64,000 nt of DNA from Felis catus (taxonomy: Eukaryota). Shown here in pieces: positions 23,671-36,462 of this stretch. Made by a program: the position numbers and the translations under genes. The number at the start of each line of letters is the position of its first letter. Within the stretch, counting starts at the first letter, position 1. Location: contig NC_058368.1 in NCBI RefSeq assembly GCF_018350175.1, positions 138,324,001 through 138,388,000 of the forward strand. The letters run 5' to 3'. The notes below the pieces were generated by a model, which was given only the letters and a program-made list of their open reading frames with translations, was not told where the DNA came from and did not search any database.

Positions 23671-26346
23671 GCTGGTGACAGTGGTCCCGAGAAGGTGAGT
23701 TTGGGCATGCTCGGGAACTAAAATAGCTGCGGAAGTATGATTTCAGTTTTTCATAGCCCATTATCCTTTGCACTGAGAGACATCCAAGATCAGAGCCCGT
23801 GATGCTGCTGCACTCAGAGTGACAGCTTCATGATACTTATTGAATGAAGGGAGGAGGGGATCAGGAAGAATCTTTGGAAATCTCAGATCGAAGAGGGGAC
23901 GGGAATTGAGCTAGAACCCTGATCGCATTTCCATTCCATTTCTTTACCTCTTGCTTGTGAGTTCAAAGCAATCGTTTCAAGGTGATGACTGAATATCACT
24001 TGGGATGAAGTGATTTGAAGTAACTTGAAGGGGGACCTTGGTTCAGTCGTTCTGTAGAAGCTTCATGGCTGAGAAACTTCAGCGTTGCCATGAATTGAAT
24101 CCTAGTTGTCTGCCTGAAAGTCAGGAGTTTTAGATACTGCCAGCAGCCAAGAGTCTCATAGAGACTCTTGCCTGAGGACAAAAAACGAGTTTGGTAACAT
24201 TATAAGATTATACTTTCTCCATTCATTTCAGTAGATACTATAGCTACATTAGAGAACTGGCCCTTATTCCTGGAAGAGCTCCCCCTGCCACATCCCTCAG
24301 TGACACCCCCACCCTCCACCCCCAAGCTTCTGGTTCTACTTGGCTCTGTCCCTAGGCAGTCTGGAGATAAGCCGTCCCCAGGGCCAATGTATCCAGGGTC
24401 CACAGAGTTTCAGTCACCGGAGAAGGTCTGGGAAGGTCCTCTCCTTGTTCAGAGGCTCAGTTGATTGATCCATTTTATATCGTAAGAGGGATTTGTCTAC
24501 TAAAAGACATTTTTACTCACATGAGAGTTTGTCTAAGTTCTCGTCTGCTCTCTCCTCAGCTGGTTTTGGGTTGTTTGCCTCTTCAAAGAAGGACGCTGTG
24601 AAGGGGAAGAGAGCTAGAACTCCGATAAATGGTTTACTTCTTATTAGCTCCCACGTTAAGCGTTTAATGACAGAAGCCAGTATGAACTCAAATGCCATTT
24701 GGGCCTGGCTTCATTCTCCTGTGCTCTCTCTGTTACTCCTCCCCACCTCCTCCAACACCATGTGTAATATCTGAGCAGATTTTCTGGGTAGTTGTCAGTG
24801 TTAATTTTTACAATCTCTGCCATAACAGCTTCGAAGAAACACACACATAAAGTCAGTATCAAGGAGAATTTCTCTGTAGGCCACGGAGCTAAACCAGACT
24901 CTCAGAAATGTGCTTGATGTTCCCCTGGGCAGCATTCACGGCCTCCTTGGAAAGCCTTAGTCCACCTCTCTGCTCCTGGCAAGCTGTAATTTGGGGAACA
25001 AGTTGGCAGGTACCAGCAAGGGACAATAGGCTTTGAATTAAGCTTCGTAAAGCCAGAAGCTTAGGAAACACACCTTCCGATGAGTTTCTTTTTAACACTT
25101 GTGTTTCTTCTAACTGCCCTGCAAACAATAACTGTACATTCCATCAAGATAACTGGAGCCATTAATCTTCTGTAGCACAGGAGTTTCTGGTACCATGAAG
25201 ATAGTAACGGGATTTTCTTTTGGCAATACTTTGAAAAATGACTGTTATTTTGTATTCCTGGTTTCAGGCAGTTGATTTCCACGATGGTGATGCTGAATGT
25301 GATATCATAACTTGGTCTCTCCATGTAAACGCCTTCTACGCAAACTTCTCATTGGATCGAACCCTGAAATTAACGCAAAATTATTTTGGTAAGGGCCATA
25401 CTTTGAGCCATTCGCTTCGAAGAAGATTTTTGAATGCAGAGACTGAGCCTGGTGAGCATCGTTGCTATGGAGACCATGTGAGAGTTGGATTAATTAAGGC
25501 CTGAACAGATGTTGGGAAGTGTGCGGAATGCACTGTTTTCTGCTAGTAATTAAGGAGGGTACATGTGTACGTGAGAGAGGAGGAAAAAAAAGAGAGACAA
25601 TCAGAGGCAAGGCAGTCAGACAGATAGATGTGCTTGGCCCTGGAGATGTAACATTTCCTCAAGCAAAAGGTACGGCCGATAACTCTGCTGACACTACTCT
25701 TGTTCTCCACCCGTGCCAGACAGAATAATTGCTTGAAACGGCCAAGCAGTCCATCCATTATTTCTTGTTGGATCTGATTTATAAGAGGCATAGGAATATA
25801 CAAAAACATGTCCTCGAGTCGGTGAGTTCAAGTAACCCATCTGGCTGTACACTCGAAAAATCCAACGGGGCTGTACAAATGGGTTTTGAGCGACCTGGCA
25901 GGGAAGCCAAGTTCGAAGACTGGGGCTATATTAGCTGTCCAACCTGCCAGGGGTATTGTCATCTGTGAACTGGCAGCCAATAAAGGGGCTGGCTGCCCAA
26001 GGCCATGGAGAAATTGCCATGGGAACGCCTTCAAGATTAGAAAGTTAATGCAACATCCATCTAGTTCAGGTTCAATTTGGGGGATATTTGTTTTAGTGTG
26101 ACATCTGTTGATTTTTAAAACAGTGTATTTCTGTCTTCTCTTGAACAATACTACTGTTAGGTTTAGGTTCGAGTTCAGCAAATCAGGTTCCATTTGAATC
26201 CTGGGGAGCGAATCCCCTAATGACCAATGTCCCCAGGTTGCCTGCCTCCTCCTGGTCTGCAGGAAGGAGATAATGCATCGAAATTGTGCTAAGACTTTTC
26301 TGCTGGGCTATCAGCAGTTTGACTAGGACTGGTAGCTCTTGAAGCA

Positions 26347-26402
26347 TTTGTTTGTTTGTTTGTTTGCTTCGGTTTTTTTTTTGTTTGTTTTGTTTTGTTT
26401 TT
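26347..26402. repeat. (TTTG)n/(TTTTG)n low-complexity repeat
   Basis: Directly visible. Confidence 0.85.
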
Positions 26403-27911
26403 GGTCTCCCAGCTGTGGAAGGAGCATTGTCTGAAAATGGGGAATCAGAAAACGTCACAGAAGTGCTTTGCTTCCTGGGGGACTGTGTCCTAGTGCTTCA
26501 AACTCAGCCCCTTCTTACCCCCAGACCATGGAGATGAGTCGGAATGGAAGGAGGTAGTGGGAAACTGCCTGGACTGGGTGGCAGGGAGGGAGAGGGAGAG
26601 AGAAGGGCAACACTGCCCTCTCATGGGACTTTTGCCCAGTCTTGCCGTGCCACTGATGACGTCTTGGTTCAGAAGATCAGACACTTTACACCTGTGGGTT
26701 ATTGTGAGCTATAGAGATAGGGAAGCGGACGGATTGGACCAATGTGAATGTATCATTACCCCAGAGGAAAAAATGCAAGTTTGCAACTTCATTTCTGCAT
26801 TGCCCTCTCCCCATGTGACCCGTAGTTCCCTCACCCTTAAACTTGATTGCTGAATCTGTTGTGGTTTTCACCTTTCCTCTTCTCTGAGGATTAGCTCCCT
26901 TTATCTCCTGGAGGAAAGCACTTCCTGAGGCTCGAGAACTCAAAAGGGTTAGTGTTTGCTCTTTGAATCAACTGTAGTCTGTTTCTGTGTCTCTGGTTAT
27001 TAATAAGAAAAATCACCCTTTGCAAATAAAATTCTTTTCTATTTTTTTCTTCTCTCCAGCGCGCATAGCTAGATAAGAGGGAAATATATTCTGGGTAATT
27101 TGTTTACTGCAAAAGAAATCGGGGAGTGAGAAGATAACAACCATAGCGGTTTGATGCCTTTGGAAAGACATCTGTTAAGTGCTTTGGTAACAGACCAACA
27201 ATGGAAACCTTGCAACACACAATAAAAATAGAGGCAGGATAGAAAGTGAATTCAAGAGAGGAAAATCTACTTTTCCCCCAAGGGATTTAGGTCCTATTAT
27301 CCATCCATCCAGTATAAACATCTGCCAAGCTCAGAACTCTGCTCGATGTGGGACACAAGATATCCTAAGATGCCTGCCCTCTAGCAGATCACCATGTAAG
27401 CCAGTGAAGACCTCTACCAGCGGTGAGGGGGCAATATAGTGCAGGCAGCATCATGAAGTGGTCAAATCCCATTAATGAAATGAGTGGCCCCGGCATATTA
27501 TTTCAACAGTTTTAGGAGTTGAAGTAAGTGGGGAGCCTCCTGAGGGGGAGGTGTGAGGAGAGACTTTGTGGCTGGCAAGTATTTTGGTTTGTTTTTTGTC
27601 CCCTGGGAGGGTCTTGAAATGCGTGGTTCAAGCCCATCTCAATGGTACAGAGACAACAGCTTGCCTCAGGAGCTGTGTGGAGACGTGTGGAGGGTTTTTT
27701 GTTGCCACAATAACTGGGAAGAATTACTGGCATTCAGTGGAGAGGAGAAGAGAAGTTAGAAGTCCTACAGTGGGTAGGCCAGTCATTCTCCAAAAGCCCA
27801 CTGAGAAACAAAGATCACAGTCCCGCTGTTTAAGTGTTTTCTTTATTTGCAGTGGCATTACCAAGGTGGGAAAGCTTTTAGACCTTTGATACATTAGTCA
27901 AAAGTGACTCT

Positions 27912-28134
27912 GGGGGCGCCTGGGTGGGTCAGTCAGTTAAGCGTCTGACTTCAGCTCAGGTCATGATCTTGCGGTTCGGGAGTTCAAGCCCCGTGTGGGG
28001 CTCTGTGCTGACAGCTCAGAGCCTGGAACCTGCTTCAGATTCTTTATCTCCCTCTCTCTCTGCCCCTCCCCTGTTTGCACACACACACTCTCTCTCTCTC
28101 AAAAAGAAATAAACACTAAAAAAAAAATTTTTTT
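27912..28134 (+). mobile_element. CAN-SINE (feliform)
   Basis: Full element; TSD AAGTGACT. Confidence 0.95.
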
Positions 28135-28385
28135 AAGTGACTGTATAGATACTTGTAACAAAGAGCATTTTCATTTTTAACCAGACTTCAGATTTTGTAA
28201 GGAGAGTATCCCGAAAATTCAGAGAACCTTAGTGTAAATGGTCTTCGAAAAATAATTTCCTTAACATTGTCAGTGAAGAGTGATAGACAAGACCAACACA
28301 AAACTCAAGTTAAGGAGCCTCTGACATTTTTATAAAACACATTCTAACTTTAGCTGACATTTAAATTAAAAAGCCCAGCAGTACA

Positions 28386-28401
28386 AAACGTTGGAAAAAA
28401 A

Positions 28402-28430
<29 letters not shown>
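28386..28430 (+). mobile_element. Extremely 5'-truncated CAN-SINE (tail only)
   Basis: AAACGTTGGAAAAAAAAAATTAAAA... matches the SINEC_Fc 3' tail; flanked by AAAAAGCCCAGC(A/G)GTACA direct repeats. Confidence 0.8.
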
Positions 28431-28432
<2 letters not shown>

Positions 28433-29665
28433 GCCCAGCGGTACAGCACGGAGCTGATTGATTTGGAGAGCATGGCCGTGAGATAATGAGGGCTCTGCCA
28501 TACTCCTCCTAGTGAGGGGTAATAAATGATCTATTCCTGGCCAAAAGCAGAAGAGCCGACACACTTTCTGTGTTTGAACTGCAGAAATTTGCGTTGCATG
28601 GAGCCTGAAAGTCATTCAGATAGTGCTTTCCTTTGCTCCTTGTAGCATATTTTCATGCTAATCTTGATAACAGAGAAAAGACCCTGGTTGGCGGTTCATG
28701 TGTCAGAGACACTAATGGTTGCTTTCGAAAACTTCCCAACGTGCTTTAGACACAGCAACCTTGCCGAAAAGACGAGCAAAAATTGGTTCCTAAGTGGGTT
28801 GATCCCGTCTTGGCCCGCCAAATGTGGGAGTTTCAAAAAGCTTAGGTCAGAAAGCTCAACCAACCCCTCCTCATCTGGACATGTGTCCTCTGTTTTGGGG
28901 AGCGCGCTTACTTTGTATTGCTGGGAGACACCATATGATCAGATGCCTGTAAGAGAGCGGTGGCTGGGACTGAATGGTGAGCTCCGGCCCTTCTTGATTG
29001 CCACAGAACTCTAGTCCTTTAGTTTTACCCATCAGTACTATGGTCCATCCTCCCGCTGAAGACTGACGGAGACTTGTAGTGGACTTAACTTGATGATCAA
29101 CCCCAAGATCCTTCTGAATGGAACCACTCTAGGTGACGTTTGTCTGGAAGTCGGGCTGGCAGAGGCCGTCTGGAAGCCCGATAAAAATGAACAGGACAAG
29201 AGAAACTTCAGTTTCCTTTGAGAAAAGTGGATGCTCCTTTCATTTGTTACATCGAGAGGAAGGCTAGCCTAAGAGTCACATGGAAAAGCACGAAATGTGG
29301 TCAGCGGTGAAATTCGTGCTTTTAATCAGGTGCCGTCATTCGCTGGTCTAAATTAACTTCAGTTATGACCCTTGTTAAAAGGCCTTTGACTCTCAAAACC
29401 AAGATATTTTGCCACCAAAGATGACTCTTTGTACTTTCCTTGAGAGCAGGTGCTGCTCCTGACATGTAGAAAAACTCATTCCCTTGGGAGCCTAGTTTAT
29501 CAACAAAGGCCAAAAAGAGGGTGAAGCAGAACAGTTCCTTCAGCCCTTGTATCCTCATTGGACATTTTCTAAATTGATCTTTGTGAATAACTCTTGGGGT
29601 ATTTATCTTAATTTGCTCCTTGGAGAAATATTTAATTATCATTTTTTTGGCCTTAGGTGCTTCTT

Positions 29666-29895
29666 CTTTTTTTTTTTTTTAATATTTTTTAACATTTTTT
29701 TAAATTTTTGAGACAGAGAGAGACAGAGCATGAACAGGGGAGGGGCAGAGAGAGAGGGAGACACAGAATCCGAAACAGGCTCCAGGCTCTGAGCGGTCAG
29801 CACAGAGCCCGACGCGGGGCTCGAACCCACGGACTGTGAGATCATGACCCGAGCCGAAGTCGGACGCTTAACCGACCGAGCCACCCAGGCGCCCC
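29666..29895 (-). mobile_element. CAN-SINE (feliform SINEC)
   Basis: Full element; TSD GCCTTAGGTGCTTCTT. Confidence 0.97.
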
Positions 29896-30611
29896 ATGCC
29901 TTAGGTGCTTCTTAAGTTGGTTGCTGTTAAACTGTGTCTGAAAATAAATCCTTTCCTCCTTGATTTTCCCTCTGGGATCCATCGAGAGACTGACTTCCGG
30001 GCAGCTTCGTGAAAGACAAGGGTCCATCAACTGTTCCTAAGGAGCTATAGAAACTCTGCTAATTGCCAGAGACTCTGCATGCTGGCTGGCAGTTCTTTGC
30101 AGCCCATTGGGCTCGAGTCTCCCACCCTTTGCTCCGACCCTGACTGCAAGGGGAGAAAGGGCTTTGGGGGACTGTGGAGTTCTGACTGCCAGTGACAAGC
30201 CCGCTAATGGACCCGTCTGGGCAACATCAGGTCACAAACTAGCATCTAGGAATGGCTGGTGTAACTCCAGTGAGCCCTGCTCATGTAGAGTGTTGGGGTT
30301 TATGCTGCCACCGTAGGTATTTTACCTCCAGGACCTTCAGCTGAGTTTATATTGAAGTTCCAAGTACTCCTCCAGGGGGAACAATCTGAAGGTCCCCACT
30401 AAGGATGGGGTACCGAGAAGTAATTTAAGGGTAACTCGTCCCAGACTTGTTAGTTGGGCGCTCAGGGGCTGCAGTGTGCCAGAGAGAATCCCAGCCTTGC
30501 CGAAAGAAACTGAGCCACGTCACCTTCTCTACTTTATAGAAATAGCTTAAATAGGGTACAGGAGTAGAACCAGGGGCCTTAATTCAAGGCGAATGCAAAA
30601 CAGGGTCTAGA

Positions 30612-30850
30612 GGAGTGATTATGAGCCTGGGTTCTGGAGTCAGGCTACACAGGCCCAGGGCTCCTGCATACTACTTACATGACCTCAAGTGAGTTATTGG
30701 GTGGCCTTTCGGTGCCTCAGTTTTTCACTTGTCAGCTGAAGACAAGTGTCTTCACTTGTCTACCCCATAAGGTTATGTTGAGGTACATATGGAGCTCTTA
30801 GAGGGTACACAGAAAATTCTCAGTAAACCTCCATGATTATATTAATAGTC
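30612..30850 (+). mobile_element. MIR SINE
   Basis: GAGCCTGGGTTCTGGAGTCAGGC...TGACCTCAAGTGAGTTA...GTGCCTCAGTTT...CCCATAAGGTTATGTTGAGG. Confidence 0.75.
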
Positions 30851-31920
30851 ATTATTGGAGCTCACTTTTACATGCTTCGTTTCGGTGATGGTATTCACCG
30901 AATCCCCACCACTCCCTTGAAATGACTTTTTCAGAGGTCCCTTGATCTGAGAAGTTGGAAGTGGATTGCAGACCCCTCAATAATTCTTGCCACATCATCA
31001 AGAAGTAGAAAGAGAACAGGTGTAAGCCACTTTTCCACAGTGGAAAAAGAAAAAAAGGTTCATCTAATAGCACGATTGTCAAAGATGGGGAAATGTTGCT
31101 GCATGTGCCTACGGCATCACTGGCTGGCTGGTTCTCTGGCCTTTTGTAGTCCCTCTTTTTACCAGGGTGTTGAGTTCATGAACTTGGTGACTTCACCTGG
31201 GAAGTGCTGATGGCTAATTCACCACCGCCAAGAAGGGAGGAGAAAGGGAAGAGCGAATGAAGAAGGCCTCAAGCTGTCATCGCTTGAGAGAGAATTAAGT
31301 ATGACCTTTGTGGTTTTCCACTCAGGGACTTCTGCTAGAATCACCCCGGAAACTCACAGAGCAAAAGGGGACAGTATTTGCCATTTCTTTGGTAAAAGCC
31401 GCCTCCAGCAAGTTGCTCATTTTAGAGGACATCTGACCGTATTGTCTTAGTATATCATGCATGATCAGTAGGGAGGATTGGGACACCGGCTGTCAGATGA
31501 ACACACACCATGCCCAAGGCTGATTCAGTATCAATCCATTTCCCTGAGCCCAAATTAATATAACCCAGAATAGACATAGAGAGAAAGGAGCCATTTCCAA
31601 GGGTTGAGATTTCCTCATGCCTCCTGATTAGATACCATAGGAATTTCTATTGGTTCTATCTTCTGACCCAGTGGATTCTCAGGTTCAACTTGTTGGGCCC
31701 AGTGTGATATGTTGCTGAATGACACATAGAATCTCCCAAACCTCCTCAGCTAATCCCGCTGGATCCAGGCAAACTGGATCCAGCTCTACTATTCCTCTTG
31801 TGCCTCCACTTGTTCCCACAGACTCTATAAAGAAGACCACCTTGAATCCATAGGTCATACACTATCAAAAGAAGAAAAGATGTCGAAAACTTGATTGACT
31901 CATTAGTGGAACCCAGTACG

Positions 31921-31953
31921 TTTTTTTTCTTCCTTTCTTTCTTTTTCTTTTTC

Positions 31954-32001
<48 letters not shown>

Positions 32002-32083
32002 TCCCTTCCTTTCTTCCTTCCTTTCTTTCTTTTCTCTTTCTTTCTTTCTTTCTTCCTTCCCCTTTTTCTCTCTCTCTTCTTTC

Positions 32084-32131
<48 letters not shown>

Positions 32132-32205
32132 TCCCCTTTCTCTCTCTCTCTTTCTTTCTTTCCTCTCTTTCTCTCTCTCTTTCTTTCTTCCCCCCTTTTC
32201 TCTCT

Positions 32206-32256
<51 letters not shown>

Positions 32257-32269
32257 CTTCCTTTCTTCC

Positions 32270-32327
<58 letters not shown>
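31921..32327. repeat. Compound (TTTC)n/(TC)n polypyrimidine tract
   Basis: About 400 nt with only C and T on the + strand. Confidence 0.98.
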
Positions 32328-33584
32328 CGGTACCTTTTCTTAAACCAGTAATTGTAACAAAATCATTCTCTTATCTCATAGGGTCCAAAGATCTCATTCT
32401 CTTGAACTGAAATGAAGTTGTCTCATGGCCCTTGTTACTTCCGCCCACCATGCTCATGTTTATGATGGTGTGTACTTAGTTACTTTAACTGCTTCCCTGT
32501 TATTCCTGCAGTTTGTTTATGCAGTGTGGGCTGCTCACCCTCCTGGAGCTGATAAACTCTGCTGATCCCAAGGCGGAGAGTGAGCCAAGAGCAGCATCTC
32601 AGAAGCCGGAGAGGTGGAGAGCCAGGAAGATGAAAGAGAGGAGTGGGCCTTTGATTTTACCGAAGAAAGTTGGCGTGTTTGTGCAGATTTTTCTATGAGA
32701 TGACATAACATGATTCCTAGTAGCAACATGCCATCTGGCTGCAGTGCTGTTGGTGTCGTTCAGGTTCCCACTGGGAAAGGCAGCCGGCGGACCAGGCTTA
32801 GCCAAATGCCTGCAGACATTTCGGCCTCAGCTGCACCCAATGTGTCCCTACTGGCTCTTTGCACCAAGTTCTGAAATTCATCTGTGCGCAGAAGGAAATG
32901 TTCTCTTTCTGCTTCTGTGTGACCCTTCTGCTGCAACCAATTAATATTCATGAAAGAGAATATTAATTCTTTTCCAAGCTGAAACTCAGAAATCAAAAAC
33001 AGAGTAAGGGTTGTTTCAAGACCAAGCTAAACCACCTCCCGGATTTGCCTGTGTTGAAACAACTAGCCATCTAACAAAACCGGCCAGTGGCAGACAGGAC
33101 AGTAAATCCAGGACCTCCAGGCAAGACAATTCCTGGAGTCTGGGTGGGAGATGGGTAAACAGACAAAGGATCTGAGGGCATGCTTCATGTTAATTCCCCT
33201 TCCTATAAAAGACCTGGTGCCGGTTCATGCTGGGAGTTAGAATCATTGTGTTAACATGTCACCGGCAGTATTTGTGCAGGAACTGTTATTATCCTCACAT
33301 TGCTGAGGGGTGGGCTGATGCTCCGAGAGGCTGAGTGATTCGAGCAAGGTCATTCCGTGGTGGAGCCAGGATTAATTCAATCACGGTCTGACTCCAAAGC
33401 CTGGGAATGGTTTTCAGTATATTCTCCACTGCCACTTCCGTTAGATGTAGATAAAACATTGTGGGCCCTGTCCACACAGGAACATTTCTTGTATGTCTAA
33501 GACGACCTGCCCAGGGGTTGTGCTTAGTGTTTTACCAAAAAATTCAATTCCAAAACATTTATTATTCCTGAACACTAGCGATAA

Positions 33585-33760
33585 TAAGAGCAGTGACGTA
33601 TCGAGCATTTACCGGGTATGAGACATTATACCAAGTGCCTTAAAATGCATCTAATCATTACCCCACAGTAGGTGTTACTGTCTCCGTTTTATGGAAAAGA
33701 AAAGAGGTCTAGAGAAGTCATGTAACCTGTCCAAGCTCCTATGATATAAGCTTGAACCAT
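33585..33760 (-). mobile_element. MIR SINE
   Basis: TATCGAGCATTTAC...GTAGGTGTTACTGTCTCCGTTTTATGGAAAAGAAAAGAGGTCTAGAGAAGTCATGTAACCTGTCCAAG. Confidence 0.7.
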
Positions 33761-35569
33761 ATGCAAGTGCGATTTTGTGGGTCAAAGCCACTCAAATATA
33801 GGTCAGTTTTATTGTAACTAGCAAAATTGGGACTTGACTCTGGGTCTGCCACTTTACTCATTAGCAAAAGAATGGTCTACGGCATGAAGTTGGGCTCAGT
33901 TGTCCTTGGCATCTGATGGAAAATAATGCTTCATATCAGGTAGTAATAAACCATCAGAAACTATTTGTGGTGGCTTTACAGTGCATGGACCTATATATGC
34001 CTGTAGAGGGAACAGACACCAGCATGGTTGGGATGTTGTCTAAGTGGTGGAATTTAAACTCAGCCCTTAGATATCATACAAATCCCCTTCCCCATCTTTT
34101 TGTTGTTTTGTACTTGATTCCATCTGCTTGCCTTCAGCTCTGCCCTGTTACTGTCTCCGATTCCTGTCCTTGGATTCACCTTAAACTCGTGCTTCTCCTG
34201 TCATGACTTGTTTTGACCTGGCTCCTCCTTTGGATTGGCCCTGGGCCTTAGGTTGCTCTGTGTGACTCATCCCCTCTCTTGGTTCCCACCTCTCACCTCA
34301 CTCTGGGCCTCTGTACTTTTGCTCTCGATTCAACCCTCTGGGGCTTCTGGCTCTTGCTCTCAGATCTAGCCCTGCCTGGACAGCTATTCACCCTGCGGCT
34401 GACCCTGATGTTTCCTTAGTTCCCAGTTTTCCATGCCAGCCACTATTCTCCTCCAGACTCCAGCTGATCCAACTTCCCAGTGTGTGGGTGGGGGAAGGAT
34501 AGACTTTGAAAGTGTTAGCGATAAGTCTGGAGGAGGAGGGAAAGTTAGCTAGCTCTGTTTGGTTCCCATGAGTAGGAATGAGTTCTTGGGAGAAGAGGCA
34601 ATTCTAGCAAAAGCCGTCATCAGAAGCTGGTGGCTGTGGTTTCAGGGAAGGGACAACCACGGTGAAAAAGTATGGTCGTCGGTGGGAAAAGTTGAAAAAC
34701 AAACCAACAGGGGAATTAGGTTCTGTTGGCGACCCAAGTATGCAGATCATTTAAAAGCTTAGTTCTCAGAGGAAATGACCGACCAGGCAAAAGAAACAAG
34801 CAGGTGATGCCCCTAAGGAAAGAGGCAGAAGGAGGAGGAAGCTGATTCCAGCAGTTTTCATCGAAAAGGAAGATGCATTACATCTTCCTTTTCTCTGAGC
34901 AAAAGTGGAGCTTGCCTTCCTCCTGGTGAGCCCAGGCATTTGGCTTCATCTCTGCAGGTCAACTCATTAAAGGGGCGGAAGTTTTTTAAAGATCTGGGAT
35001 CAAGCACCCCAAAGGAAAATGATGCCGAAAGGTATCAGCTGAGGGAAACCAATCAACTTTATTGGAAAATGAGAAGGACCACAGGAGCTACGTTGGGGAC
35101 GATTGGGAGGCGGCGACCAGGACATCACAAAGTGCTGTGTCAACTTAACACAGGGCTTCTTTAATACCTGGCCGTTCGAAGACTAGGCAGTTGATCGTCC
35201 CCATGCTTCAAGACAAATACCTCAAGGACATCTGTTCCCCTACAGTTGGATCATTCTTGCCTTCTCTGAAGAGACAACCAAACGGACAGGTGTGGGCACA
35301 TGACTGGGGCATGGCAGTGAAAAGACACTGTGGGGATAACAGGAGTTAGAAATTTTAATTGGGTGTGACGGGGCCCAGAGAGTAACCAGCAGCAGAATGT
35401 GAGCTCCAGAGGGTTAGAACCCCTCCATTTCTAAACTGATATCCTTCTGGGGCCGGGCCACTTCCTCCGAGCAGGACCGACAGGGTTTCCGTGGGCCTGA
35501 CTCTCCGGGAGAGATCGCAGGGTGACCTGGTCACTTTGGTGAGCCGGAGAACATTGACTAGTGACCTAG

Positions 35570-35760
35570 GAAATGAGCTTTGGAGGCAGATGCCTGGGTT
35601 TAAATCCCAACCCGACCACTTTCTGTCGCTTAAACAAGTCTCTTTATCTGCTGTCATTAGTGGTAAGAATGGGAAAGTGATAGTTACCTCATAGGGTTAA
35701 ATAAGAGCACGTACGTATGTAAGATGTTTAGCAGAGGGCTTAATTCGTACAAAATATTGA
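35570..35760 (+). mobile_element. MIR SINE
   Basis: GCTTTGGAGGCAGATGCCTGGGTTTAAATCCCA...TACCTCATAGGGTT. Confidence 0.75.
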
Positions 35761-36252
35761 AAAAATGGTATGTGATGTGATAGGGAGGATGATGCTGATT
35801 CTTAGTTTGAGAGTCAGGGCTGAGAGGAAAAAAAAACGAACAACAATGCTTTAGTTTTTAGACTCAGAAACCTTTGCTTCTCTATATGTAACCTTTCAAA
35901 CTCCGGGAGCTCTTCAAAAACCTTGTTTTCCTGCAGATACTGGGCCTCAGACTGCATTCACAGATGCAGACAAGATGGTCATTTCTTCTTTCTCACGTGG
36001 CCTCCAGAGCAATGTTCTCTCCCTCGCTGTCTTTCCCACTCCTGGGGCAGGTGGTGCTGCCCGTGCGGACCAGGAACACCTGAGAGAAGGTATTTGATTA
36101 AGGGTCATCCAGTCTTCCCTTTGAGCTGGAGGAGAAAGCACGCCTTCTGACAAAGCGATATGACAACCACCAACTGCAAAGTAGGTCTATGTTATCTCCT
36201 GTTGGGGCATCAAACACTATATAATGCCTGCCTATTAGATAGCAGGGTTGTT

Positions 36253-36462
36253 GGGGCACCTGGGTGGCTCAGTCGGTTAAGCGTCTGACTTTGGCTCAGG
36301 TCTGTGAGTTTGAGCCCCGTGTGGGGCTCTGTGCTGACAGCTCAGAGCTTGGAGTCTGCTTCGGAACCTGTGTCTTCCTCTCTCTCTGCCCCTCCCCCAT
36401 TCACGCTCTGTCTCTCTCTGTCTCAAAAATAAATAAACATTTAAAAAAAATTAAAAAAAAAA
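36253..36462 (+). mobile_element. CAN-SINE with ~14-bp internal deletion
   Basis: SINEC lacking the segment between two GGTC motifs; TSD AGATAGC(A/G)GGGTTGTT. Confidence 0.95.

Noticed and set aside
29284..29323. 11-bp inverted repeat AAAAGCACGAA/TTCGTGCTTTT with an 18-nt spacer
   Set aside because: Roughly expected by chance in 64 kb given the spacer freedom
31891..32343. 150-aa F/L/S-rich ORF
   Set aside because: Translation of the (TTTC)n microsatellite
33000..35170. Possible ancient Gypsy/ERV-derived sequence
   Set aside because: Only a compositional impression; no recognisable gag/pol motif or paired LTRs
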